Positions 38,032 to 51,830 are shown, counted from the first letter of the stretch. The stretch: 64,000 nt of DNA from Eledone cirrhosa (GCA_964016885.1 OZ024743.1:262012001-262076000); one strand, 5' to 3'. The notes: generated by a model not told the origin, from the letters alone. Translations and numbers: made by a program.

Positions 38032-38965
38032 CAAATAACGAAACGAAATTAAATTTCGTTTCGTTTGTAACTCACTTTTGTATGACTGACGCTTAAACAA
38101 TTAAGTTAAAAATGTACATCCACATATGTATACTGAAATACTAGTATGCATATGAATACACACACGTATACATATGTAGATGTACCGAGTTTTTCACTGG
38201 TCACTTTACTGTGAGTGTCCAGCTATTCTGTATGTAAACACACAGACAAACCGGTTTTTAGAGTCATACTGGTTTTTTAGTCATACTGGCTTTCTGGAGA
38301 ATAGAGGAAAGGTGTTTCCTCAAAAACCAGTATGACTCTAAAAACCGGTTTGTCTGTGTGTTTACATACAGAATAGCTGGACACTCACAGTAAAGTGACC
38401 AGTGAAAAACTCGGTACATCTACATATGTATACGTGTGTGTATTCATATGCATACTAGTATTTCAGTATACATATGTGGATGTACATTTTTAACTTAATT
38501 GTTTAAGCGTCAGTCATACAAAAGTGAGTTACAAACGAAACGAAATTTAATTTCGTTTCGTTATTTGTTTTTATCGTCTCCGTTGAACCGGTACGTACTC
38601 ACGCTCTATGCAAATTAGTCTGCCCACTACTAATTTTCATAGAAAAAGCATATAACGATATGTGCTTTTACGATTCTCTAGAAAGGCCGGAAGATAGGTA
38701 AATATTGCTGATGAGATGTAACAACATCGAAACTAGTTCAATATTCCTTGTCTGGCTTTCTGGAGAATAGAGGAAAGGTGTTTCCTCAAAAACCAGTATG
38801 ACTCTAAAAACCGGTTTGTCTGTGTGTTTACATACAGAATAGCTGGACACTCACAGTAAAGTGACCAGTGAAAAACTCGGTACATCTACATATGTATACG
38901 TGTGTGTATTCATATGCATACTAGTATTTCAGTATACATATGTGGATGTACATTTTTAACTTAAT
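38023..38965. mobile_element. Penelope-like pseudo-LTR structure: inverted arm (38023-38277 vs 38321-38574) plus direct repeat (38287-38500 = 38753-38965), in (TA)n
   Basis: Repeats are directly visible and enclose a complete hammerhead. The class assignment is inferred from architecture. Confidence 0.75.
38701..38745 (+). ncRNA. Canonical minimal hammerhead ribozyme motif
   Basis: AATATTG-CTGATGA-GATGT(aaca)ACATC-GAAA-CTAG-TT-CAATATT: 7-bp stem I, 5-bp stem II with G10.1-C11.1, palindromic stem III, GUU triplet. Confidence 0.85.
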
Positions 38966-39017
38966 TATATATATATATATATATATATTGAGTGAGTGAG
39001 TGCGTAAGACCAAAGGT

Positions 39018-40183
39018 TATTATTGAAAGTCTCTGGATTTCGCAAAATACATAATATTTTTTATTGGAGAAGGTAAGATATTTTTCCGCAAAAATTTGAT
39101 TGCACTGTTTTGTTTTCACTTATGTATTTTTTGAAAATGTAATTTATTCATTATAAAAATGAAATGAGAGCATTCTATATGTAGGTGAGCCCCCTTCATT
39201 TGGCAACCAATATTTTTAGATCTAGTCTACCACTGTATATATATATATATATATATATATAATTGTTTCTACTTTTGGCACAAGGCCAGCAATTACCCAG
39301 TGCATTACTGGTACTTTATTTTATCGACCCTGTAAGGATGATATATAATGCCAATCATTGTAAGTTTGAATCTAACTGACATGCAAAGACATATATATAG
39401 GAATAAGGTAAGCCCAAATCATAGTAGATTCAAATGTCACAGAGAAACAGAGAGGGAGAGAGAGAGAGAGAGAGAGAGGAGGAGGGGGGGAGAAATGAGG
39501 TGCAACAGAAATGAAATATGGATTACAGATTAAAATATAGTCTAGATAGATGTGAAAAAAAACGAGGATGTAGTTTATGGAACACCCAAATGATTTAGAA
39601 GTTGACCTTAAGTAGGAGCAATAACTTTAAGAAAGACATGGACGACACCACAACACTTTGTTTTGAAAATTTTGAAAGTAGGTTTATAAGTATGAATTTT
39701 CATAAGATTTCTGTAGTTGTCTCTGTGGCCTAGTGGTAGGTACTAGAGATGGTGGAGACGCTGGCCTTGAATTCAATCCAGGTCAAGACGTACATGTAAC
39801 CTTTTTCAGTTTTTATTTTATAACCAATAGAAAAAAACTGAAAAGGTTTACCAGGAACCCTACTCCCTACCAGGATCGAACTTTAGACCAAAATCAAAGT
39901 TAAAAAGATGTGGTGTCGTTCATGGCTTTCCTAGGGCTATTAGTAATATTTAGGGTCGACTTCTGGTCATTATTGAAAGTCTCTGAATTTCGCAAAATAC
40001 ATCATATTTTTATTGGAGAAGGTAAGATATTTTTCTGCAAAAATTTGATTGCACAGTTTTGTTTCCACTTATGTATTTTTCGAAAATGTTATTTATTCAT
40101 TATAAAAATTAAATGATAGGATTCTATATGTAGGTGGCCCCTTCATCTGGCAACCAATATTTTTAGACCTAGTCCGCCACTGT
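39018..40183. repeat. ~215-bp direct repeat (39018-39235 and 39968-40183)
   Basis: TTATTGAAAGTCTCTG.ATTTCGCAAAATAC...CTAGTC..CCACTGTA occurs twice; probably a transposon end. Confidence 0.85.
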
Positions 40184-40333
40184 AATCAGCCATACTAATG
40201 GAAGGCAAAATTGGTTCTCTATGGTGATTAAAAGATAGCAGTTTAATCTTAGATGCATTCAAGGTAACAAATCATTTCTTGCCCCATTCAATAAGAGTTC
40301 AAACTTTATCAAACATATCAGAATTACCATTAA

Positions 40334-40553
40334 CCCTTTAGCATTCACATTTCTCTATATATACTATTGTATTTTTGTAATAAACACTTTATCTTACATA
40401 ATTATCTCACATAATATCGAATCTATGAGATTTTGATATTATTTATTTTGAGAACAATACCTTAACATCAGTATAAGCGGCCAGTTTCAACTGGTTTGAA
40501 CAGAAAGAGGTGAGACATTTCTGGCCAGATATGGCCGGTTTAATGCTAAAGGG
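40334..40553. mobile_element. piggyBac-like MITE
   Basis: TTAA TSD on both sides; TIR CCCTTTAGCATT / AATGCTAAAGGG. Confidence 0.88.
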
Positions 40554-40584
40554 TTAAGACATAGATACCAAGCATAGATACCAA

Positions 40585-40930
40585 GCTAAGAAAATATGTT
40601 ATTGAAAAGATCATTGATAAAAATTAAGAATGGTATAGGACCCAGGATAGAGCCTTGAGGAATCCCTGAATTAATGTAAAAAGACCTAGAATTCTGGTGA
40701 TTCAAGACAACCTTCAGTTTGTGATTTGATAAGAAAGACTCAATCAGTTTGAAAATCCCTCCAGAAACATCATAACCTCTCAACTCATGAAGGAGACAAG
40801 CATGCCAAACCCTGTCAAAAGACGTAAAAACATATCTAATGCAACAACCCTAGCTTCGGCAGATTTATCAGAAGCATGTCAAACTCTTTCAGTAATAATT
40901 GTTAAGTCATCAGCAGATTATTGTGAGAAA
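40585..40930 (-). pseudogene. CR1/L2-like RT fragment
   Basis: FDRVWHACLL...IFKLIESFLSNHKLKVVLN...SGIPQGSILGPIPFLIFINDL. Confidence 0.85.
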
Positions 40931-42540
40931 TAGAAGCCAGATTTAAAAGAAGAGGAATTAAGGACTTACCCTATTCAACATTCTGTTACATAGCTGCCAG
41001 TAGTCACAGCAGCCAAACGTTTGAGAAGCAATATGGTCTCTCCTTCTGTCAGCAAATACAGACTTGGCTTCATTAAAAACATGCTTATAGTTGTTTCAAG
41101 CAATCACAAATGGCCTTCATACAACAAAAGTAGTTTGGTTCAAATAGATAAATACTTTTTTTTAAAATCAAAACGAAAGAAAATATTAATTCAACACTAA
41201 GTAATGTGAGTTAATCAGTCACACACCAAAAGGAGCATCGGAGCCTTGCTCTAATACTTTATGTAGCAAGCCAATTCACATGTAGCATTACTGTTCGACT
41301 TGCTACAAATAAGAACCAAGCTTCCTTCAAACACATAAAAAAAAAAAACATAATAAAAACATTATAAGGTGGGTTTGGGGCTGGGTTTTACAAAAAAATT
41401 GTCTCTTAAACAAGTGTAAAAATACGTTAGGATCTGCTTGATCAGTTTGTTTTGGGATTAAACAACAATCAAGTGGTAGCTCCTTTATTGGTTCCTTATT
41501 TCATATCAATTTTCATTTAGTTTAAATCTCAGCTGCTGTGTGTATTTCATGAAGACTTAGGATGATGTAGTGAAGACCGAACTGAAGAAACATAACCTAA
41601 CAACAGAGATAACAAAGGACTGCAAGGACCAGTGGTATGCTGTGCTCATGAAGACCAGGCCAACAATACACAATGTGATCTGACTTGTCCCTGTCTCCCC
41701 TCTACCACTGGCACTCCCTAATAGCTATCCTCACCCTCACTACACAACCCCACACTTCAGTTGTATTAACAGCACAACCTCTCTAGTTTTGGTGATCTAC
41801 ATGATAAACACACCTAGTACACACTGTAAAATGGTTGGCAATAGATAGGAAGTGCATCCAGCCACAGAAAACTTTCCAAACAAAGGGTTGGGGGAAAATT
41901 TCAGTTATGTCAAAGACATGACAATCTCTCTTGTGCTGGTCCCACAATAAAATACATTCGGTAGAACGTTGGACCGTATGTAAGCAAGATGCAGACCCTT
42001 GGCCAGTCTGGGATGTTAGCAGCCCTGTTTAAGTACAGACTAGGTCTGTGAAGACCTGTCCAACCTTTGCTAGCAGGGAAAGATGATGTTAAATGATAAT
42101 GATGTGATGTGCATCTTGGTATTTAGAATAGGTAGAACACACCCCTACAAAATATTATCAACCATGTGTCCTATATTTAAAAAAAACTAACAGCCAATTT
42201 CTCATTTTATATTAGTGCCACCAACCCTGTATAGTATGGTTACCTTCATTTTTTGTTACCCCATTAAATTAGTACTGCTGGTATATCATCACTGGCCTCT
42301 TGTCATGCTCTTGTCAACAAACCTCTCCACAACATTGCAGAACCTACTGTGATCATGGCTTACAAAACTATCTATGTGATCTGGATATAAAGGCGTTCTA
42401 TCAGTTCAAGATAAATAAGACACCATTTAGTGCCATACAATATCAGAGAGCAATGTACATTCGCTTTGTTAACTCCGACAGTGTTAACTGCTATTCCTTT
42501 TATGGCCAGCAGAACACATCATTTGTCAGTTTTCATATAT

Positions 42541-43141
42541 ATACTAGACCACCCGTGATCCATTGTGTCAAGTTCACTTCAAAATATTTTTAAAAACTCA
42601 TGTTCACTTAAAAATAATTTTTAAATAATTAAAATATACACAGACATGTATATAATGTGAAATTAAACTGGAAGGCCCATATATATATACGTGTGTGTAT
42701 GTATATATATAAATGTGTGTGTGTATACATATACATATATATATATATGTGTGTGTATATATGTGGGTGTCTGTGATCTATATGCACTGGTCAGACACAC
42801 ATGCATATATATATATATATATACACAACAACACCACCAGTTCTCTTCCATTCTCCTTCTGTCTCCTCTCCCTCTCTCTATGTCTCTCTTTCAATCTACT
42901 CTGTCACAACCACTATCTCTTCCTCTCTATCTTCCTCGCTCTTTGTTTATGAAGGTACCCAGAAAAACCCCATATCTCGGGAACCCGTGGTCCGATTTAC
43001 GCGAAACTTCTTTTATTTCATTTGTATTTCCATTTCAGGGGCAACTCCCTTTTGAAGTATTTTCTCATTATGTGCTCTTTTGGCTGTAGTACATTACAGA
43101 CAAACAAGCAATCACAGAGTTTTAGTATTATATAGATAGAT
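42541..43141 (+). mobile_element. Possible non-autonomous Helitron-like (Lep1/DINE-type) element
   Basis: ACTAGACCACCCGTG start, internal microsatellites, ACAGACAAAC...TTTTAGTATTATATAGAT end. Pattern recall only. Confidence 0.4.
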
Positions 43142-43635
43142 ATATGAATTTCGTATTTCTAAAGAAATATGGTATGTTTATAAATAAACATTTAAAAAGT
43201 CATAGCCATAAAAAACACTGACAGCTAACGCCACCAAGTGGTGCTTGACAGAAGCAAGGGGACAATCGTTGATGCATTTCGAACTCAATTGGTTTAGTCT
43301 GGACGATCTCTCTCCCTCTTTCAACTGCCAGACTTTGAAAACAGGCAAAAATATATAGTTTTTTCGTCTGTGTAAATGAGGTGATTAATCTTATTTGCAC
43401 ATGAAGCTGTATAAGTTGGCTCAACTTAATATAGAATAGAATTAGAATTTAGCTTCGAACATAGCTGTATACAAATATATATTTGAATTTCGTATTTCTA
43501 AAGAAATATGGTATGTTTATAAATAAACATTTAGAAAGCCATAGCTATGAAAAACACTGGCAACTAACACCACCAAACTGTGCTTGGCAGAAGCAAGGGG
43601 GACAATTGTCGATGCATTTTGAACTCAACTGGTTC
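43140..43635. repeat. ~150-bp direct repeat (43143-43292 and 43483-43632)
   Basis: TGAATTTCGTATTTCTAAAGAAATATGGTATGTTTATAAATAAAC... occurs twice. Confidence 0.85.
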
Positions 43636-44349
43636 TCGTCTTATATTCAGGGACAATATTTTGATGATTTTCATCAACTTCAAATTCTACGTAAATAAGG
43701 TTTGGTATTTTTCCCAATTCTCAAACATAAAATAGTAGGGTTGGCTTATATTAGTATCAGCTTATTTTTATATCAGCTTATATTTATATCAGCTTATATT
43801 CGAGTATACATGGTACTTCTAACTGAGAATGCATGTCTTCTCACATTTCTACTTTTTTTTCTCTCTTTGTACAAGATGTTTTCATAAAAAAGATAAAGTA
43901 AATAAAACACAGAAATTGTATTTAAAAAAAGGAAAAATAATGGTTTCTGATTTAGGCACAAGGCCAACAATTTTGACGGAGGAGAAAGTCAATTAAATTG
44001 ACCCTAGTGCATTACTGGTGCTTTATTTTATCAACCCAGAAAGGATCAAAGGCAAAGTAGATCTTGGCAGGAATTGAACTCACAACGTAAAGAGCTAGAA
44101 TAAATGCTGCAAAACATTTCCTCCAACACTCTGCCAATCCACCGCCCTGGATTGATGAAGGAAAAATAATAAAAGACAATAATGTGGTGGGAGGAGACAA
44201 CAAAGGTCACTGGACTTTCCCTTTAATAATAGTTAAAGCAAGACAACACAGCTTTAACATGGGTGTTAATGAGGTTAAGACACAAGAATAACTAAGCACC
44301 CTTGCAAGCATCACTTGGTACCTCAGTAAGGTGAGCTGTCAATAATGAT

Positions 44350-44740
44350 ACAAAACATCATTGTCAGCAACCCAGTTTCCTTAAATGTCTCAAACACATC
44401 AGGCTGAAAAAAATATTTACCCATAATTCCTGGTATTTTAGAATTTTATTTCGTTCAACTACAGATGTGGTAACTCTCACCTTCACCACATCATCCAGAA
44501 TGTGGGAAGGAGCAAAAGAGTTGCTGACTATGGCATCCCAAATAAGACAACTATCTCTTAAGAGGGACAAAAGGTAAGACCAACACGTCTTTTCCCATCA
44601 TATCTGGACAATCCAACTGGCTCCAGAATTAAGGGGATATTGACAAGAGCCAAGGCCCGCTTGATAATTAGGTTCAGCTTGGTATGATGAGTGAAGCTGC
44701 TTGCATCATTCAGGTGGCAAGACAACCCATGAAAACCCAT
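44350..44740 (-). pseudogene. CRE-clade non-LTR retrotransposon fragment (zinc knuckle + restriction-like endonuclease)
   Basis: HGLSC...H..LNLIIKRAL..NIP..LEPVGLSRYDGKRRVGLT..P...CLIWDA fits the RLE consensus EPxGLxRxDGKRPDGxTxxPW...LxWD. Confidence 0.8.
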
Positions 44741-44760
44741 GGAGTTAAGGGGCCTACTAC

Positions 44761-45735
44761 AATGTCATATGGTGTACCACAGGGATCTGTTCTTGGCCCC
44801 CTTTTGTTTGTGGCATATATTAATGACATAGATGCCAACTTAAAGAATGCCACAGTACTGAAATACGCAGATGACATCAAGCTGTACCTTGAGATAAAAA
44901 GGACAGATCCTGAACACTATAGATCTTGTTTGCAGTCTGACCTGGACACAATGCAACAATGGATCACAGACTGGCAAATCAAGCTATCTGTGGACAAGTG
45001 CACCACCATGCATTTTGTGAGTAAAAACCCAGCGTCCACATACTCCCTCCACAGCTCTAATATCAAGAAGTCTTCTTGTGAACGTAACCTGGGCATTACG
45101 GTCAGCAGCGATTTGCGTTGGATGAAGCACGTCTCTAAAATTGTCAAGAGGGCCGAGGGTGTCTTAGCATCACTCAGCAAGACCTTTGTCAGCTGCTCTC
45201 CAGCTATCTATTTAAAGCTGTACATGCCTATGGTGTGGCCACACTTAGAATTTGCATCACCAGTCTGTAACCCCTATCTTGCTCAGAACATTGACTGCCT
45301 GGAAACTGTTCAGAGACATGCAACCAAGCGAATACCCTCCATCAGGCATCTACCATACTTTGAACGCCTTGTTTCCCTGGGTATGGATACATTGAAGCAC
45401 CGACGCCTGGCAACTGACTTGGTAAACACCCACAAAATTATTAACCACCTTGCCAACAACAACCCTGAGTACCTTTTTGATTTCCATGTGTCTAACACAC
45501 GTGGGCATGCCCACAAAGTCAGAAAACAGCACAGTTCCCATGACTTTCGGAAACATTTTTTCATGCTCAGAGTTGCTGAAGCATGGAACAAACTACCTGC
45601 ATCAGTTGTTAACTGTCGAGACACTGCATCCTTTAAAACCTCCATGCTTCCCGAGATTCGCCAACACTACACCTAATGTTCTATACATGCACCTTTGACG
45701 AGTTGTAGTGCACCTGAGCACTTTATACAATAATT

Positions 45736-45778
<43 letters not shown>
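44761..45778 (+). mobile_element. 5'-truncated CR1-like LINE, second copy of the 10190 family
   Basis: Same RT peptide with stop at 45676; long (ATT)n tail; ~80-bp 3'-UTR deletion relative to copy 1. Confidence 0.92.
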
Positions 45779-45779
<1 letters not shown>

Positions 45780-48700
45780 CCCCCCGCCCCTCCACACATC
45801 GACTCTGAATACAATGAACATACAGAGTTTATCCAGATTGAGGAGAATTTTTCATTATCATTGTACTCTATAATTTTAGTAATATAATCCCTTTGACAAG
45901 CCATTAGATATCTATTTGCATTAATACCAACGTTCCAGACAAATAAACGAGACATTTCATCGATTTCTGAAAATAAGTACAGCGTTTGAGATTTATAAAA
46001 AAAAGTGTGAGATGTGACTATAATTGCTTTTCCCTTGAGAGAATTAGAGATGCAAGTAAAAATAAGCGAAAAATTGAAAACAAGTAATGTTACAGAATTC
46101 TGTACCCCCACCCCGTACTTAAATATATATTTGTTTTACAGCGCCTATTAGTGGACGGCAAAAAATTGTATACTTTTTTTTTATTATATAAAACAATGAG
46201 ATTATGTGACTTTCATATATCTTTCTGGATATCATTAAAAACAGAAATGAAAATTCGATAATGACAAGAGCTGTGATCGAAACCTAACCCCTCGCCTTAG
46301 ATCGCTGATAGCTTCACCTACTGGTCGACATATCTCTAGAGATCGTTATAGTTAGAAGGGGACTACTACTAGTATTCACCGCATCTAAGCAAAGTGCTCG
46401 TATCAGAATAAAATGTAAGGATTAGCTTCCGGTTTTTATCAAACTGACAGATGACAGTTTGAATTGTATACGGGCACAACGGAATACTTGCTGCCTTTCC
46501 TATACTATACATACATATATACATATACGTTACATTAACACTCATACATTCACACATACATACACACTCTTATATATATATATATATATATTATATACAT
46601 ATATATGTGTATATATATATATCGTTGTATCATCATGGTTATACCTCCCGATTTATTGTGGCTGGTGAGTAGCATTTATTGATTAAATGATTTGTGTGTG
46701 TATGTGATTTGTGTATATATATATATACATGTGTGTCATATGTGTGTGTTTATTAAAGATAATTTTGAATTGATATATATTAAGCGTAATGATCTGATTA
46801 AGAAAAAAAAAAACAAACTTTCAGATTGTTTAAAATCATTTTTCTCTTTCTTATGGATCCTATCTAATCGATATAATTACAACTGTAATAACTTTTATTA
46901 CTGGGATATTGGAACAGAGATAATTATTAGAAGCATTACAAGATATCGAATTTGTTAGGGAGGGCAATGCCGGGATGATATGATGATGTTAATGCATTTC
47001 TCTTTGGCAACTACTGACGATATATGTGAAATGAATCAACTTTAACTGGGAAATGAACCTGCCAAGCGTATAATCAATAATAACACTGGCTTCAATTATA
47101 TCGAGCCCCAATACTTTACAGGTATTTTATTTTATATTTTATCGACCTTAGAAGGATGAAAGCAAAGTTGACCTCGGCAAGATCTAAATTCAGAACATAA
47201 TTGAATTTGAAGTTTTCATCATATTTTTTAAATTATTTTTTACTACAGAAAGTAGTCTAATAACAGGGCATATATACCCCATGAATAGAAAAAATGGACT
47301 TCAGCACACATGGGAGACGTTTATTTATAAGTTTTGTTGTTTTTTTTTGTCTCGCTTTTCTTGGAGAAGCAGAAGATGTGATGTGGTATTTATTAATTTC
47401 CCATTAGCTACGAAGGATCTGAATTGTATCGGATCCAATTGCTTAATAAATACAGTGTCATCAATATAATAGAATAATGCCTAAGAATTATTGGAGTTAG
47501 ACTATTGTTTGCTGTGATATTTATGCCTTTCCTAGGAGTCTTAACAACATAACTGAAGCAGTTCTTACAAGCGAAATAAATCGATTGATAAACATGCTTC
47601 TGCATGATCGTTCGACAGGCTAGAAATAGAGTCAAATACCAGTCATTATCACAACTCGTTTTCTAAAAAAAAAAAAAAGCAACAACACTAAAAAACAGTC
47701 CTTTTCCGATGGATTCGGAGGTCAGATTCGTTAAAAACAAAAGAAAAAAAAAACGAACAAGAACGCGGTATTCCGTAAATTTACAAAAAAAGAAAGAAAA
47801 ACAAACAAACAAAAAAAGACAAAGGAAAACATATGATAATAAAGTAGTCTTAGGTATTCCACAAACGATGGTATGGTCATGGCTGGAATGCTTTTGTTGT
47901 ATATGTTGGCTCTCACAAGATTGACCTGAGTCTAAATAACTTTTTTGGTGGTGACGTAACATTAGCATGACACAAAACTAATGGTAGCAGACGATACATT
48001 TTCGGTTCTCAGTTAATCACCCCTTATTGTGGTCAGCCTAGAAACGGGATGGGCTCCGTTAAGTTAAAAAATATCCATGAGGCGCCGTATGTTACTAAGG
48101 CACTCCTACAACTCCACTAGAAGTTACGGGTACATACATTGTTGGAAAAAAAAGTGAAAGTAATTATGATCAACTTGAAACAAAACAAAAAAAAAAAAAC
48201 AAGTAAAATAAATCAAAATACGAACGGTACATAAATAAATATATACATACATAAATGCGTAAACGCGCACACTCACATACATATCCATTTTGTATTGACG
48301 GTCACAAGAATGAACACTCAATACGATAAAGATTAATAGTTTTATTAAGGTCGAGTCAGTGGCCTATTTGTTACTCTTGAGTTTCTCGTGTATTTACAGA
48401 GTTACTTTATAGTTTTGATACTTCTAACTAAACTAAATTTTTTTTCCAAATACATATTCTTTTAAAATGAAATTATTTTTATATATAAATGAAGAGTTAA
48501 ATATATTCCATATCTTCAGTCATCAGAAGGGAAGTAGGTATAAAAACCAAACTTGGTATCTTCAATTCTGTACCTATGGTCATGAACCTCAGGTAATGAC
48601 TGAAAGAATACGATCGTGAATACAAACGGCCGAAATGGGGTTCCTCAGAAGGGATTTAGAATAACGTTACTCTCCAAATTGAGAGATCACAGCTTCAATA

Positions 48701-49299
48701 TTATGGATATTTGGATAGAATGTCTCAGGAAAAAATATGCTGGACAGATTTTATGGGGAAAATCAACCGGCAGGAAACCCAGGGTTAGACTCAAAGCAAG
48801 ATGGTTGGATAACATCCATGATCCAGCTGGATCAGTTAGAGATAGTTGTTACTGACAGGACCTGCTGGAAGGCATGCTTGAGGACTCTGCCCCCACGAAC
48901 CCTCCAGAAATAAGTGGGCGTAGAAGAAGTTAAGATGTGGGGTTTTAAAAATCCACGTGTAGATGATTTCATTACAAAGGCAAAAATATATTTGGAGATA
49001 AAAAGAAGAAAAATGGGTGAGGTAGTTAAAAAATGCTGTTCGCATTTATAATGTAATAATATCTTCATCCATGAAAAGAGAATATACTAAACACTTCATG
49101 CATACACTTCATGTATACATGTGTAATAAAAATTTCTATTTTAAAGCATGTGTATTATGAAAAAGACAAGAACAAGAACTAAACATTTCTGTAATTCAAG
49201 ATAGCCAAGTTATTATATTTGACATTCCACAACAGCACACAGATTCAGCAAGGTTACCTTATGTGTGTGTAATATATATATAAAATATTGAGACACATT

Positions 49300-50040
49300 T
49301 TGTATGCATTACCTTCTCCTACGCCTTTCATACTCCTCCCACATCCTTACACTCCACCCATGTTCTAACACCCCACCCCTCATCCACGTCCCTGCACCCC
49401 ACCCATCATCAGATAAGTTCCCCACCCTAGATCTACCTCTCCAATTCCCACACACCTCCTCAGCCCCCAGCCAACACTGTAAAGTGGTCATTTTGGTGCC
49501 ATGACAAAAAGTACCCTGTCCACACTGTAAAGTGGTCATTTTGGTGCCATGACAAAAAGTACCCTGTCCACACTGTAAAGTGGTCATTTTGGTGCCATGA
49601 CAAAAAGTACCCTGTCCACACTGTAAAGTGGTCATTTTGGTGCCATGACAAAAAGTACCCTGTCCACACTGTAAAGTGGTCATTTTGGTGCCATGACAAA
49701 AAGTACCCTGTCCACACTGTAAAGTGGTCATTTTGGTGCCATGACAAAAAGTACCCAGTCCACACTGTAAAGAGGTTCTGATGGTGTCACGACAAAAAAT
49801 GCCCTGTCCACACTGTAAACGTGGTCGTGGAAGTGTTACGACAAAAAGCATCCAGTCCACACTGTAAATGTGGTTGGTGTTAGGAAGGGTATCCAGCTGT
49901 AGAAACCAAGTCAGAAACAGTTCTGTGTGAGCAAGACACTGTCATCTGATATGGCTTGTTTCACAATGGGACAACTTGTCTAATCCATGCTAGTGTGGAA
50001 AAATGGACGTTAAATGGTGATGATAAAGATGATGATGATA
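49300..50040 (+). mobile_element. RTE-derived 3'-UTR/SINE element with an internal 48-bp tandem array (49474-49870)
   Basis: Six near-perfect CACACTGTAAAGTGGTCATTTTGGTGCCATGACAAAAAGTACCCTGTC units plus two diverged units, then the TTAGGAAGGG core and (GAT)n tail. Confidence 0.85.
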
Positions 50041-50567
50041 TATTACATTATTGAATTTCTGCCTGATGGCTGAGCTCTTGCCATTTCAACAGGGAGTGAA
50101 TAACTGAATTATTTTTTCTTTCAGTTCCTCGTAAGCACAGTGCTTGCAGCTAAACTTTATAGAAATAGCAGTCAAATCACCCTCAACTCACATCCTGCTC
50201 TCTCATCATCATGAACCAATGAGAAAGACCTTTACATTGCAGCTAAACTTGATAGTAAAAACAGTCAAATCACCCTCAGATCATGTTTTGTTGGTTAATG
50301 TATGAATGTATATCACAATGTATGATCCTACAAGAGAGACTTCTATGTTACAGCTAGATTTCATAGAAATAGCAGCCAAATCCCCCTCAAATTACACCCT
50401 ATGGTCTTATGTATGTATGAACCATCATCTCTTGGCAGAATCATTAGAGGAATGAAGAAAATGCTTTGTGGCATTTTTCTCAACTTTTTACATTCTGAGT
50501 TCAAATCCTACCAAGGCCAACTTTGCCTTATAATATAAGTTATATATGTGTGTAATGTGTATGTGTA

Positions 50568-50605
<38 letters not shown>

Positions 50606-51545
50606 TGTATGTATGTATGTATGTATGTATGTCAGGTCACCAGTTGGTGCTACTGGTAACATGTATCCCAGTACAACCTGTCTCATGGTCGGGTCGTTGG
50701 CGACTAAACTGGCAATCCCACCAAGGTTTCTTGGTGAGGAGGGTGACTTTGGACATCCTGCAGGACTAAAAACAAAACCTGTCAAAGGGCAAAGGAGCTC
50801 TTAAGAGTCAATGGCCATCCAAAATCACCGGGAGAGATGACCCCTTAGCCTTTGTCAAGGCAGAATTCTAGGAGAAGGAAAACTCTGATATAACACCTGC
50901 AACTCTGATGGTATCCAATGATGTTGACTTGTTCTTCTTTTTGGTAAATATCATCTTGGTTAAGAGAGTGGGACTGGCTTTGTGCAGTGCCTTTGCTCAC
51001 TATAAAAGCTTCACGGCACATGCATTGCTTTATATCTGGAGATCTCTCTGCACTTGTCCTCACATGGTACCATGGGCCCAGCACTATGTGTCAATAATTG
51101 TTACAAGTGTAGTGTTTGTACCAGAGTTTTCAAGTCGCTGGCTGGACTAAAAAGTCACACTCGTTCAGCGCATTGGTAGGAGTTCTCCTACATGGATATA
51201 AAGTAGTGGCCGTACTCGAAAACGAGTTGGCAGCCACCATGTATGTATGTGTCATTATCATCATCTTATATATAATATAAGTGTAAATGATATATACTAG
51301 GATTAACTTATTTTTACTCTTAATTTCTCTAAATTAGTTTTAGTTGACTAAAATGGATTAGCCTGGAGCTCTTTCTAGCACTCCTTAAGGCCTGTCCTGT
51401 TTTACCTACCCTTCTATAAAAGTTACACTATGAGGAGATTATTTAAATATTTTCTTCGAAGTGTAGATGACTAGTATTTTAATGCAGCGTGAGATATCTT
51501 TAGCAAAGACCTAAACATACTGATGAAGAGAATCATGGTCTTAAG

Positions 51546-51830
51546 ATCATCATCATCATCATCATCGTTTAACGTCCATCTTCCACGCTTGCATGGGTTT
51601 GGACGGGAGTTTTCCCACTTGAGGCAAGATTTGTTGTCCTGCTCGTATAGGACTGTCTGGCGGGTTTTCTACGACTGGATGCCCTTGCTAACACCAACCA
51701 CGTTTACAGTGTGGACTGGGAGGTTTTTACCGTGTTACCTACACGGCCACATTACAGCGTGGACTGTGTGTTTTTTTTGTCGTGACACCTACACGACCTC
51801 ATTTGTTTCGGACTGGATGTTGTGGTACCA
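51546..51830 (-). mobile_element. 3'-UTR fragment of RTE family 2
   Basis: Reverse complement of ~56115-56500, with (ATC)n at the left end. Confidence 0.88.

Noticed and set aside
39718-39790. tRNA gene (A-box TGGCCTAGTGG, B-box-like ATTCAATCC)
   Set aside because: I could not build a convincing cloverleaf or anticodon arm; more likely a SINE head or tRNA pseudogene.
44684-44760. N-terminal extension of the CR1-like ORF
   Set aside because: It is antisense CRE fossil sequence that happens to be in frame, and it is absent from copy 1.
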